Source: an uncultured candidate division Zixibacteria bacterium (GTDB taxonomy: Bacteria > Zixibacteria > MSB-5A5 > GN15 > FEB-12). Taken from it: a stretch of DNA of 64,000 nucleotides. A program made the translations under genes and the position numbers. The stretch is taken from assembly GCA_963664195.1 (NCBI GenBank), contig OY760907.1:576001-640000 (forward strand), written 5' to 3'. Numbering within the stretch: the first letter of the stretch is position 1; every line of letters starts with the position of its first letter. Under the pieces are notes generated by a model. The model did no database searches. It was not told where the DNA came from and saw nothing but the letters and a program-made list of their open reading frames with translations. Below, one piece after another: positions 9,638 to 17,535 of this stretch.

Positions 9638-11842
9638 CTATAAGTCTATCCGACTCAGTCTCAACGAGTTTGTCACGACAAACACGGACGACAGACTCAT
9701 CGCCATGGCCGCGATTATCGGCGAGAGTGTCAGGCCGGTAACCGGATAGAAGAGGCCCGCGGCAATCGGAATAGCGACCACATTGTAGGCAAAGGCCCAG
9801 AATAGGTTTTGGCGAATTATCTTGAGACTTATCTCAGACAGGCGAAACAGCTTTGATACCGCCGAAAGCTCAGATCTGACAAGAACAACGTCAGCCGCTT
9901 CCATCGCCACATCGGTGCCGCTGCCAATGGCAATCCCGATAGTCGCTGCAGCGAGTGCAGGGGCATCGTTGACGCCGTCTCCAACCATGGCGACTTTGAA
10001 ACCTGCCCGACGGTAGGATTCAACGATGAGTTGTTTCTGGTGGGGCTTGATTTCGGCTTCAAAATCGTCCAATCCGAGCGAACGGGCCACTCCTGCGGCG
10101 GTTGTCCGATTGTCACCGGAGATCATAGTAACGCGAGCCATCCGCCCTTGAAGCTCTGCAATAAGTTCACGGGCATCGCCGCGCACGCGGTCAGCCAGAG
10201 AGATCATCCCCACGACCTGCCCGTCGAGAGCAGCAAATACAACTGTCTTGCCTTGCTCCATCTCGCGCTTGCTCTTCAATAGCAGAGGGCCGAAACTGAC
10301 TCCTTCCTGCTCCATCATGGACTGATTGCCAACAATAAGACGACGACCGTCGCAATCCGCCAGCAACCCGTATCCGGGACGCGACTCGACATTCTTAACC
10401 ACCGCAGGAGATATCTGGCGTTCGAACATGTGCCGCTTGAGAGCCTGGCCCACCGGGTGTTCGGACTGAATCTCGGCCGATCCGACCATGCGAACAAGGT
10501 TGTGCTCGGGGATCTGCCCACCGGTCTGAATCGACACAACGTCCAGCGCCCCTTGAGTGAGAGTCCCGGTCTTGTCGAACACGACTGTGTCGATTGAGGA
10601 GACAGATTCGAGTATGTCTCCCCCTTTCACGATAATCCCCTCCCGCGCACCGCGGCCGGTTCCCGCCAGCACGGCAGTAGGTGTCGCCAGACCGAGCGCA
10701 CAGGGACACGCGACAATCAGCACGGCTATAACGGAACGAATCATCATGGGATTGTCGGGGGCAAGAAAGAACCAGCAGAGTCCAGTGACGAGCGCGATGC
10801 CGAGTACCGTGGGTGCAAACACGCCGGCAACTCTATCAGCAAGACTTTGAACAGGCGCCTTTTTCGATTGGGCATCACCCACCAACCGAATTATGTTGGC
10901 CAGGAAACTATCCTTGCCGGTCGCGGTGACTTTCATCGTGAAAGGCGTATTGCCATTCAGTGAACCGCCAATTACTTGCAGGCCCGGACGCTTGTCCACC
11001 GGAATTGATTCGCCGGTCAAGACAGATTCGTCGATAGTAGGCGTCCCCTCAATGATCTCCCCATCGGCAGCCACCCGCTCGCCGGGCTTGATGAGGAGAT
11101 GCATGCCGGAACGAGCAGCAGCAGCCTCAATCTCTATTTCAACACCGTTAATGATGGCCGTCGTGGTCGTGGGGCGGAGTCTCAATAGTTCCTCGATAGC
11201 ACCGCCGGCTTTTCTCCGGGCGCCGGCTTCAAGGTACCGGCCCAGCAGAATAAGGGTGATGATCATCCCGGCCGAATCAAGATAGAGATCCTCGTCGTGT
11301 CCAGACCAGATCCGCACTATGGCGAAAATGCTCCATCCGAAAGCCGCGAGAGTACCTATTGAGATGAGTGTGTTCATATTGGCACGGAGGTGCTTCGTCT
11401 GAAGGGCGGCGTCTTTGAATATCTTAAGGCCGGGAAAGAACATCACAAAGGCCGCAAGAACCACCTGCAGGATACTATCTATGAACGACGAGAATAGAAA
11501 ATCCCCGGCAAACATCGGCCACATGGCCAGCACCATCAGTGGCACGGATGCCAACAATGACAGGCGAAACAGACGGCGAGCACTGTCCTCAGTTTGCTGG
11601 TTGGCAAGCAGCACATCGGGTGTCCCCGGGGCCGCATCAAAACCCAACTCCCTGATCTTCCCGATGATATGCTCTTCGGTAAGCAGGGAGCGGTCAAACT
11701 CGACCACAGCCGATCCGACAGCCAGATTGACCCGACACGCCGTAACACCGGCCAGCGATGAAACACCGCGTTCCACGCTGCTGACGCAACTGGCGCACTG
11801 TAGCCCCCGGACATTCAGAGTCAGCTCACTGGTTTTTGCCAT
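9638..11842 (-). CDS. copA: Cu(I)-transporting P1B-type ATPase
   Basis: CASC metal-binding domain, TGES, CPC, DKTGT, SEHP, GDGVNDAPAL, YN and MxxSS motifs. Confidence 0.93.
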   Translation of the reverse strand: MAKTSELTLNVRGLQCASCVSSVERGVSSLAGVTACRVNLAVGSAVVEFDRSLLTEEHIIGKIRELGFDAAPGTPDVLLANQQTEDSARRLFRLSLLASVPLMVLAMWPMFAGDFLFSSFIDSILQVVLAAFVMFFPGLKIFKDAALQTKHLRANMNTLISIGTLAAFGWSIFAIVRIWSGHDEDLYLDSAGMIITLILLGRYLEAGARRKAGGAIEELLRLRPTTTTAIINGVEIEIEAAAARSGMHLLIKPGERVAADGEIIEGTPTIDESVLTGESIPVDKRPGLQVIGGSLNGNTPFTMKVTATGKDSFLANIIRLVGDAQSKKAPVQSLADRVAGVFAPTVLGIALVTGLCWFFLAPDNPMMIRSVIAVLIVACPCALGLATPTAVLAGTGRGAREGIIVKGGDILESVSSIDTVVFDKTGTLTQGALDVVSIQTGGQIPEHNLVRMVGSAEIQSEHPVGQALKRHMFERQISPAVVKNVESRPGYGLLADCDGRRLIVGNQSMMEQEGVSFGPLLLKSKREMEQGKTVVFAALDGQVVGMISLADRVRGDARELIAELQGRMARVTMISGDNRTTAAGVARSLGLDDFEAEIKPHQKQLIVESYRRAGFKVAMVGDGVNDAPALAAATIGIAIGSGTDVAMEAADVVLVRSELSAVSKLFRLSEISLKIIRQNLFWAFAYNVVAIPIAAGLFYPVTGLTLSPIIAAMAMSLSSVFVVTNSLRLSRIDL

Positions 11843-11897
11843 GGATGGAATATAACAGGTAACGAGGTCGGTGTGTAGGACCTTATTGCGATACCTG

Positions 11898-12530
11898 CTA
11901 CTTGATACCCATTGCGACCAGCAAATGAGGACACCGTCGAGTCAGTTCCTTGCGGATTCTGGCCCTGGCCCTGTGAAGATACCAACGAACCGTAGCCTCG
12001 GGCATATTCATGATGTTCGCTACGTCGTCGACTTTGCAACCCTCGACATCTCGGAGAACAAACGCGGTGCGTTGTTTCTCGTTGAGTGTCCGGGCCGCCG
12101 CATGCATGTGCCCCTTCAGCTGTTGATTGCGGAAGGTGTACTCTGGCGACGTCCGCAGACTCTCCTTGATGTCCGGGAAGTTGTCGAGAGGCTCATGGCG
12201 ATGACGATGGTACTTCCGGATATGATCAATGGACGCATTGACCGTTATCCGATACAGCCAGGTGTAGAACTTTTTCTTTTCGTCATACCGCCAGATGTTC
12301 TTTGCCATTTTGACAAAGACGTTCTGGGCGATGTCGGCCGCTTCATCGTAGTCCTTGGTCATTTTGTAGGCCAAGGCGACCACCTGATTGCGATACCGCC
12401 TGACGATCTCAGTAAAAGCCCTTTTGTTCCCGCCTTTGAACTCGGAGATAAGACGACGGATCTCCCGCTCATCTTGATTGTCGGGATCAGGCCCCTTTTG
12501 AATTGTACTTAACGTTATTTGATTAGCCAT
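11898..12530 (-). CDS. ECF sigma-70 factor
   Basis: AADIAQNVFVK, FYTWLYRITVN region 2; region 4 HTH (DVANIMNMPEATVRWYLHRAR). Confidence 0.9.
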   Translation of the reverse strand: MANQITLSTIQKGPDPDNQDEREIRRLISEFKGGNKRAFTEIVRRYRNQVVALAYKMTKDYDEAADIAQNVFVKMAKNIWRYDEKKKFYTWLYRITVNASIDHIRKYHRHRHEPLDNFPDIKESLRTSPEYTFRNQQLKGHMHAAARTLNEKQRTAFVLRDVEGCKVDDVANIMNMPEATVRWYLHRARARIRKELTRRCPHLLVAMGIK

Positions 12531-12691
12531 GTCTCACTCAGCGATGCTGTAGTCCCTGAAACACCGGAAAAGCAGACAATGTTCCTCTTCTAAGTTATTA
12601 CTTATTCCAGTGCACGCAAGTCCTAATCAGGAATAGCGACATCTTTTTTGTCGCACTATGACGCGAAGAACCTCGTCACACATAGATAGAC

Positions 12692-12719
12692 AAAAAAAGA
12701 CGCTCCACATAGGAGCGCC
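12692..12719 (-). terminator. Intrinsic terminator after M23 gene
   Basis: Minus-strand GGCGCTCC/GGAGCGTC stem followed by T7. Confidence 0.7.
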
Positions 12720-12747
12720 ACAATATGTCAGTGCTTATTCTGTTTAA

Positions 12748-13650
12748 TCATTGATCGTTCAGAATGAATCCTGCCGGGTTGAGTACCTCGCCGTTGCGCC
12801 AGACTTCGTAGTGTAGGTGCGATCCGGTGGACCGTCCCGTGTTACCCATCTTGGCAATCTCGTCGCCACGTGAGACACGCTGTCCCCGTTTCACCGTCAC
12901 CTTCGAAAGGTGACCGTAACGGGTCACGTAACCGTACCCGTGATCAATGGTCAGCGTGGTTCCGAGCGCGCCGTTCTTGGCAATAGACTTCACTACACCA
13001 TCGGCAGGAGCGATGATCGGCGTACCGTTATGATTGGCGATATCGAGACCGCGGTGCATTCTCTTGTACCCGGTAAAGGGATCCTGCTTCTGACCGTACC
13101 CTCGAGAACACCATCCGCGGGTCGGTTGAATCGACGGCGTATGATCCAGTCGATCCTTCAGATTCATCAGGGCCTGCTCGGCCTCGTCGAATTTTTCCAG
13201 CTCATAGGAAGACAGGCTCAGCAGCCGGTCGACCTGTGATTCGGTACTGTATGCCAAACGTTCCGTCTCGCTGAGCTGGCTGGCATCATAACCGGGAGGA
13301 CCGCCGATACCCAACTGTCTTTCCTCGGGGCTGATTTCCTCGAGACCGAACACGTTGCGCAGGGCAATTTCCTTCTGAACAAGATGGTCGTAACGATCAT
13401 CCGCCTCAGCCAGAGTCCAGCGAAGATTTTCGTATTTCTCTGAAAGTTGTTCGTTTTCGGAAGTGAGTCTGGCTATCTCTGCCTCGTCGACACGATCGAC
13501 GAAGTAGGACGATGCCAGAAAAAGGCTGGCAAAAACCAGACTGATAAAAATGAGGGCTATGGCATATACATGCCAGAGCCTGATACTGACCTGTCGCGAG
13601 ACTCCGTCAGAGCCCGGGACCATCATGAACGTAAGCTGCTTCTTCAACAT
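12748..13650 (-). CDS. M23 family metallopeptidase with N-terminal TM and coiled coil
   Basis: HRGLD, YGHL, TGSHLHYEV. Confidence 0.92.
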   Translation of the reverse strand: MLKKQLTFMMVPGSDGVSRQVSIRLWHVYAIALIFISLVFASLFLASSYFVDRVDEAEIARLTSENEQLSEKYENLRWTLAEADDRYDHLVQKEIALRNVFGLEEISPEERQLGIGGPPGYDASQLSETERLAYSTESQVDRLLSLSSYELEKFDEAEQALMNLKDRLDHTPSIQPTRGWCSRGYGQKQDPFTGYKRMHRGLDIANHNGTPIIAPADGVVKSIAKNGALGTTLTIDHGYGYVTRYGHLSKVTVKRGQRVSRGDEIAKMGNTGRSTGSHLHYEVWRNGEVLNPAGFILNDQ

Positions 13651-13769
13651 TATGCTGTCTAGCAGATCTCCTAACCAGTGCTTGCGGTATCATCCGGTAT
13701 GGGCGATACCCCATAATGGAGAGGAAAGTAGGCCGCCCGGTCTAATGAGTCAAGCAAAAACTCCGGCAG

Positions 13770-13931
13770 CTACTTTATGAGCACGTACTCTTTGCGAAGG
13801 ACCTTGTTCACGACCTCGGCCAGTTTTCTGCCCTGCATTGTCTGCAGGCTATACAGGTGCCAATAGGTCTTCTTCGGGAGCAAAGTCCGCTTCTTCTGCT
13901 TCTGCTTCTGCTGCTTCTGCTGCTCAGCCAT
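13770..13931 (-). CDS. Small basic hypothetical protein (53 aa; below the ORF-track cut-off)
   Basis: MAEQQKQQKQKQKKRTLLPKKTYWHLYSLQTMQGRKLAEVVNKVLRKEYVLIK; SD GAAAGGA 7 nt upstream; sigma28-like promoter at 13992-14017. Confidence 0.6.
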   Translation of the reverse strand: MAEQQKQQKQKQKKRTLLPKKTYWHLYSLQTMQGRKLAEVVNKVLRKEYVLIK

Positions 13932-14388
13932 CGTCGGATCCTTTCGTGCTCAGGTCCTCTCCCATCCGACACGGGCTGGCGCCTATGTACATTATCGGGA
14001 GAAGCCCGGATTAGTTAATACCGCCTGAACAATATCGCCTGCACGTTTTATGCCGGTGAGTACCGATAACCGCCCGTTTCTACGCCCTCAACTTAACAAC
14101 TGCCGCCACAACAACTTGGAGCACACGTCCGAGCGGACATCTCGGGCAGACCAGCAATTCGAGTCGCCGGCTACCCCAAACATCGGTCTCAATTGTTCAG
14201 TGAGAGGCAACTCGCTGTTCAATTTCCAATCAAATTCGGAGCTCGGAGTACGAGGCTCAAGAGTCAAACCGGCTACCACGCCTGTAGTCGAAGCCCGGAG
14301 TTGTTCAAGACTTGCACAGTTGACGTATCTTGGCGTACTCTGCCGCATTGTCACACTTGGTAGCGGCCCGCAAGGCCCCTCACTCCGA

Positions 14389-14417
14389 TTGACAGACGCA
14401 GTCCCGCGCTATAGATT
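14389..14417 (+). promoter_or_regulatory. sigma70 promoter of SDR gene
   Basis: TTGACA-N17-TAGATT. Confidence 0.6.
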
Positions 14418-14451
14418 GTGCAAAAGATTATCGAATTATCGAGGCAAAACG

Positions 14452-15213
14452 ATGACTGACCTGACCAAATGTACAGTACTGGTGACCGGAGCTTCCTCTG
14501 GAATCGGCGAAGCAACCGCCCGCGAATTCGCTGCTGCAGGGTCGCGATTGATCCTGGCAGCCCGCCGGATTGACCGCCTGGAGAAGCTGGCCGACGAACT
14601 CAAAGCCGATTGCCATTTGATAGAACTGGACGTCCGTGACCGCGAGGCGGTCAAAAAGGCCGTAGCCGGATTGCCGCCGGGATGGAGCGCAATCGACGTT
14701 CTCGTTAACAATGCCGGTCTGAGCCGGCGATTAGACAAGCTCCATGAGGGCAACTACGACAGTTGGGACGACATGATCGATACTAACGTCAAAGGATTGC
14801 TGCATGTCAGCCGTGAGGTGCTCCCGGGAATGGTAGATCGCGGTCGGGGACATATTATCAATATCGGTTCGATTGCCGGTCATGAAGTATACCCCGGCGG
14901 CAATGTCTATTGCGCGACAAAACACGCTGTGGATGCTCTGACTCGCGGACTGCTACTTGATCTGGTTGACACGCCGGTGCGGGTGTCGACTGTCGATCCC
15001 GGTTTGGTTGAGACGGAGTTCTCCGAGGTCAGGTTCTACGGTGACATGGAACGGGCCAGAACGGTGTACCAGGGATACAAACCACTCGAGGCGAAAGATA
15101 TCGCCGAGTCGGTTGTATGGGTGGCTAGCCGTCCCGCTCACGTACAGGTAGCGCAGATGATCGTCCTGCCGACCGCGCAGGGTTCAGCGATGGTGACGCA
15201 TAAGGAGGGGTGA
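14452..15213 (+). CDS. YdfG-like short-chain dehydrogenase (NADP-dependent 3-hydroxy acid dehydrogenase family)
   Basis: TGASSGIG, NNAG, S...YCATK, DPGLVETEFS. Start moved to ATG 14452 (GAGG SD, promoter upstream). Confidence 0.88.
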   Translation: MTDLTKCTVLVTGASSGIGEATAREFAAAGSRLILAARRIDRLEKLADELKADCHLIELDVRDREAVKKAVAGLPPGWSAIDVLVNNAGLSRRLDKLHEGNYDSWDDMIDTNVKGLLHVSREVLPGMVDRGRGHIINIGSIAGHEVYPGGNVYCATKHAVDALTRGLLLDLVDTPVRVSTVDPGLVETEFSEVRFYGDMERARTVYQGYKPLEAKDIAESVVWVASRPAHVQVAQMIVLPTAQGSAMVTHKEG

Positions 15214-15233
15214 GCAAAGCACAAACGCAAATG

Positions 15234-15266
15234 AAAATGCCGACCACATTGTGGTCGGCGTTTTTT
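15234..15266. terminator. Bidirectional terminator between SDR and glnA
   Basis: AAAA-TGCCGACCAC-att-GTGGTCGGCG-TTTTTT. Confidence 0.85.
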
Positions 15267-15288
15267 CGTTCACTATTGTCGTGTCGGA

Positions 15289-16701
15289 TCAAACGTCGTA
15301 ATAAGTCTCAAACTCGTACGGCGTCGGACGGACACGAATCTCCGTAACTTCCTTGCGCTTCAACTTGACCCAGGCCTCCAGCAGGTCCTCGGTGAAGACT
15401 CCCCCCTCAAGCAGGTAACTGTTGTCCTCTTCGAGAGCGTTGAGAGCCTTATTGAGCGAAGTCGGCAGCATGTGAATATCCGCCAGTTCTTCCTTCGGCA
15501 GCTTATCGAGGTTCTTGTCGAGCGGCAGCCCCGGATCAATCTTGTTTTTGATACCGTCGAGACCCGCCATGAGCATTGCGGAATAACCGAGATACGGGTT
15601 CATCGTGCCGTCGCCCGGGCGGAACTCGAAGCGCATCATTTTGGGATCGCGCTGATAACCCGGTATGCGAATACAGGCGGTCCGGTTGCCCACCGAGTAG
15701 GTCCCGGCCACTGGCGCTTCAAAACCGGGAATCAGGCGCTTGAACGAATTGGTCGACGGATTCGAGAAGGCAAGAATCGAGTCCGCATGTTTCAGCATGC
15801 CGCCGATGTACCAGAGACCAAGTTCGGAGAAGCGTGCCGGTCCCTCTTGATCGAAAAAGAGCGAGCCGTTGGAATCGGCAAGATACTGGTGCACGTGCAG
15901 TCCACTGCCGGGTTCGTTGAACAACGGCTTGGGCATAAACGTGGCAGACTTCTTCTGACGGAAACACTCGTTCTTCACGATGTACTTCACGAGCATCGAC
16001 TGGTCGGCCATGTTAAACAGGGAGCTGAACTTCACCTCGATTTCGTGCTGACCGCCGCCGCCGACTTCGTGATGGTGATATTTCAGGCCAATTCCCACCT
16101 CGGCAAGCATCGAGCAAATCCTATTGCGCAGATTGAAAGTACGGTCATTCGGCGGGGCGACATGGTAGCCTTTTTTGTAGGGAATCTTGTAGGCGAGGTT
16201 CTCTTCGTCATCGGCCGCATTCCACTGTGCCTCGGCAGAATCGAGATAGTAAAACGCAGTATCCGGCCCCTGGAAGAAGTTTACTTTGTCGAAGATATAG
16301 AATTCAAACTCCGGTCCGAGAACACACGAAGTCCCCTTGAGACGCTCGGCCAGCAGCCTCTCAGCATCGGCAGCAACACGACGCGGGTCGCGACTGTAGC
16401 CAACCACGTCGTCATCGACGGCCATAATATTGCCGATCAGCGACAGTGTCGGGGCCTCAAAGAACGGGTCCATGAAAGCGGTGGTCGGGTCCGGCAACAA
16501 AATCATGTCGCCTTGTTCAATCTTGGAAAACCCGGGCAATGAGGACCCGTCCACCCCTACGCCGTTTCTGAACAGCTCTTCGTTGAGCGACGAGGCCGGT
16601 ACCGTAATGTGATGCCAGGCGCCGGGCATGTCGACAAGTTTGAGATCTATAAATTCAACGTTGTTTTTTTTGACCAGCGCGATCAGTTCTTCAAGCTTCA
16701 T
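15289..16701 (-). CDS. glnA: Type I glutamine synthetase
   Basis: DGSS, GPEFEF, HHHEVG, TFMPKP, GSGLH, PGFEAP, NRTACIRIP. Start set at MKLEEL. Confidence 0.95.
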   Translation of the reverse strand: MKLEELIALVKKNNVEFIDLKLVDMPGAWHHITVPASSLNEELFRNGVGVDGSSLPGFSKIEQGDMILLPDPTTAFMDPFFEAPTLSLIGNIMAVDDDVVGYSRDPRRVAADAERLLAERLKGTSCVLGPEFEFYIFDKVNFFQGPDTAFYYLDSAEAQWNAADDEENLAYKIPYKKGYHVAPPNDRTFNLRNRICSMLAEVGIGLKYHHHEVGGGGQHEIEVKFSSLFNMADQSMLVKYIVKNECFRQKKSATFMPKPLFNEPGSGLHVHQYLADSNGSLFFDQEGPARFSELGLWYIGGMLKHADSILAFSNPSTNSFKRLIPGFEAPVAGTYSVGNRTACIRIPGYQRDPKMMRFEFRPGDGTMNPYLGYSAMLMAGLDGIKNKIDPGLPLDKNLDKLPKEELADIHMLPTSLNKALNALEEDNSYLLEGGVFTEDLLEAWVKLKRKEVTEIRVRPTPYEFETYYDV

Positions 16702-16887
16702 AGGTCCACCTCGTCCTAACCTGAGTTTCAAGCAAAGTGGTGATAAGATACGCGGAAACCCGCATTTGGCAAGAGATTACGTGGGTGAATCGGGCACATT
16801 TTTCGTGTCAGGGGCCATGCTTCATAGAAATCAAGTGATGCCGTTGAACTCATTGTGGGGTAATCACAAGAAAGTGTTAAAAAATAC

Positions 16888-16915
16888 TTGTAAATGAAAC
16901 AAGCTCTCCTATAAT
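16888..16915 (+). promoter_or_regulatory. sigma70 promoter
   Basis: TTGTAA-N16-TATAAT. Confidence 0.55.
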
Positions 16916-16971
16916 GCGTTACTGGGCTAGGACAAACAGGTAATCAAAGGTCACAACAGGGAGAGTTGTCG

Positions 16972-17451
16972 ATGAATTATACCGAGGGTCTGATTAAGGC
17001 CACTGAGTTCTTCACCACCGCGGAGTTGGCGCAGAAACTCAAGATGAATGTCCAGGTCATCACTCGAAAAGTCCAGGCGGGGGAAATCCAGGCTTACAAG
17101 ATCGGTAAGGAATGGCGGATTCCGGAGCAGTCCGTATTCGACTGGTTGGAGTCCAACATCAACAGCAAAGCGGCGGTTCCTCGTCGGGTGCGTGTTGCTG
17201 CCGCCGTCAAACCGGCCACGGAAACACCGTCGCTGACTTCTGCCCAGCAGAGCAAACGGAAGTATCTATTGGAGTATATCCTGGCCCAGTTTGAGCCGGA
17301 TCGGGAATACACTGAAGACGAGGTGAATCGGGTAGTCACGCGCTACCACAGCAATTCGCACACGATCCGAAGAGAATTCGTCTCAGAAAAGATGATGGAG
17401 CGCATCAACGGTAACTACCGTCGGCGCACCGGCTATCGCTTCTCCGACTAA
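16972..17451 (+). CDS. Excisionase-type HTH (HTH_17) fused to DUF2087-like domain
   Basis: FTTAELAQKLKM..VITRKVQAGEIQAYKIGKEWRI; C-terminal FEPDREYTEDEVN...TIRREFV. Confidence 0.75.
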   Translation: MNYTEGLIKATEFFTTAELAQKLKMNVQVITRKVQAGEIQAYKIGKEWRIPEQSVFDWLESNINSKAAVPRRVRVAAAVKPATETPSLTSAQQSKRKYLLEYILAQFEPDREYTEDEVNRVVTRYHSNSHTIRREFVSEKMMERINGNYRRRTGYRFSD

Positions 17452-17475
17452 TTGTCCTGCGGATCAAAAAGGGGC

Positions 17476-17515
17476 AAGACAAAGGCCACTCTCTGAAGAG
17501 AGTGGCCTTTGTCTT
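17476..17515. terminator. Long perfect hairpin between convergent genes (bidirectional terminator)
   Basis: AAGACAAAGGCCACTCTCT-ga-AGAGAGTGGCCTTTGTCTT. Confidence 0.85.
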
Positions 17516-17535
17516 TGTGTTCTATGTACTCTGAC

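Noticed and set aside
14050..14451. 134-aa N-terminal extension of the SDR
   Set aside because: A promoter (14389-14417) and SD lie inside it, and the SDR fold starts at 14452.
15472..16542. 356-aa antisense ORF over glnA, and similar long antisense ORFs over secF, copA, DUF4175 and the nuo genes
   Set aside because: These are shadow frames of well-supported genes in GC-rich DNA, with no recognisable motifs.
16966..17451. Prophage/ICE excisionase marking a mobile element
   Set aside because: No integrase, att-like repeats or phage genes are nearby, and the flanks are housekeeping genes.
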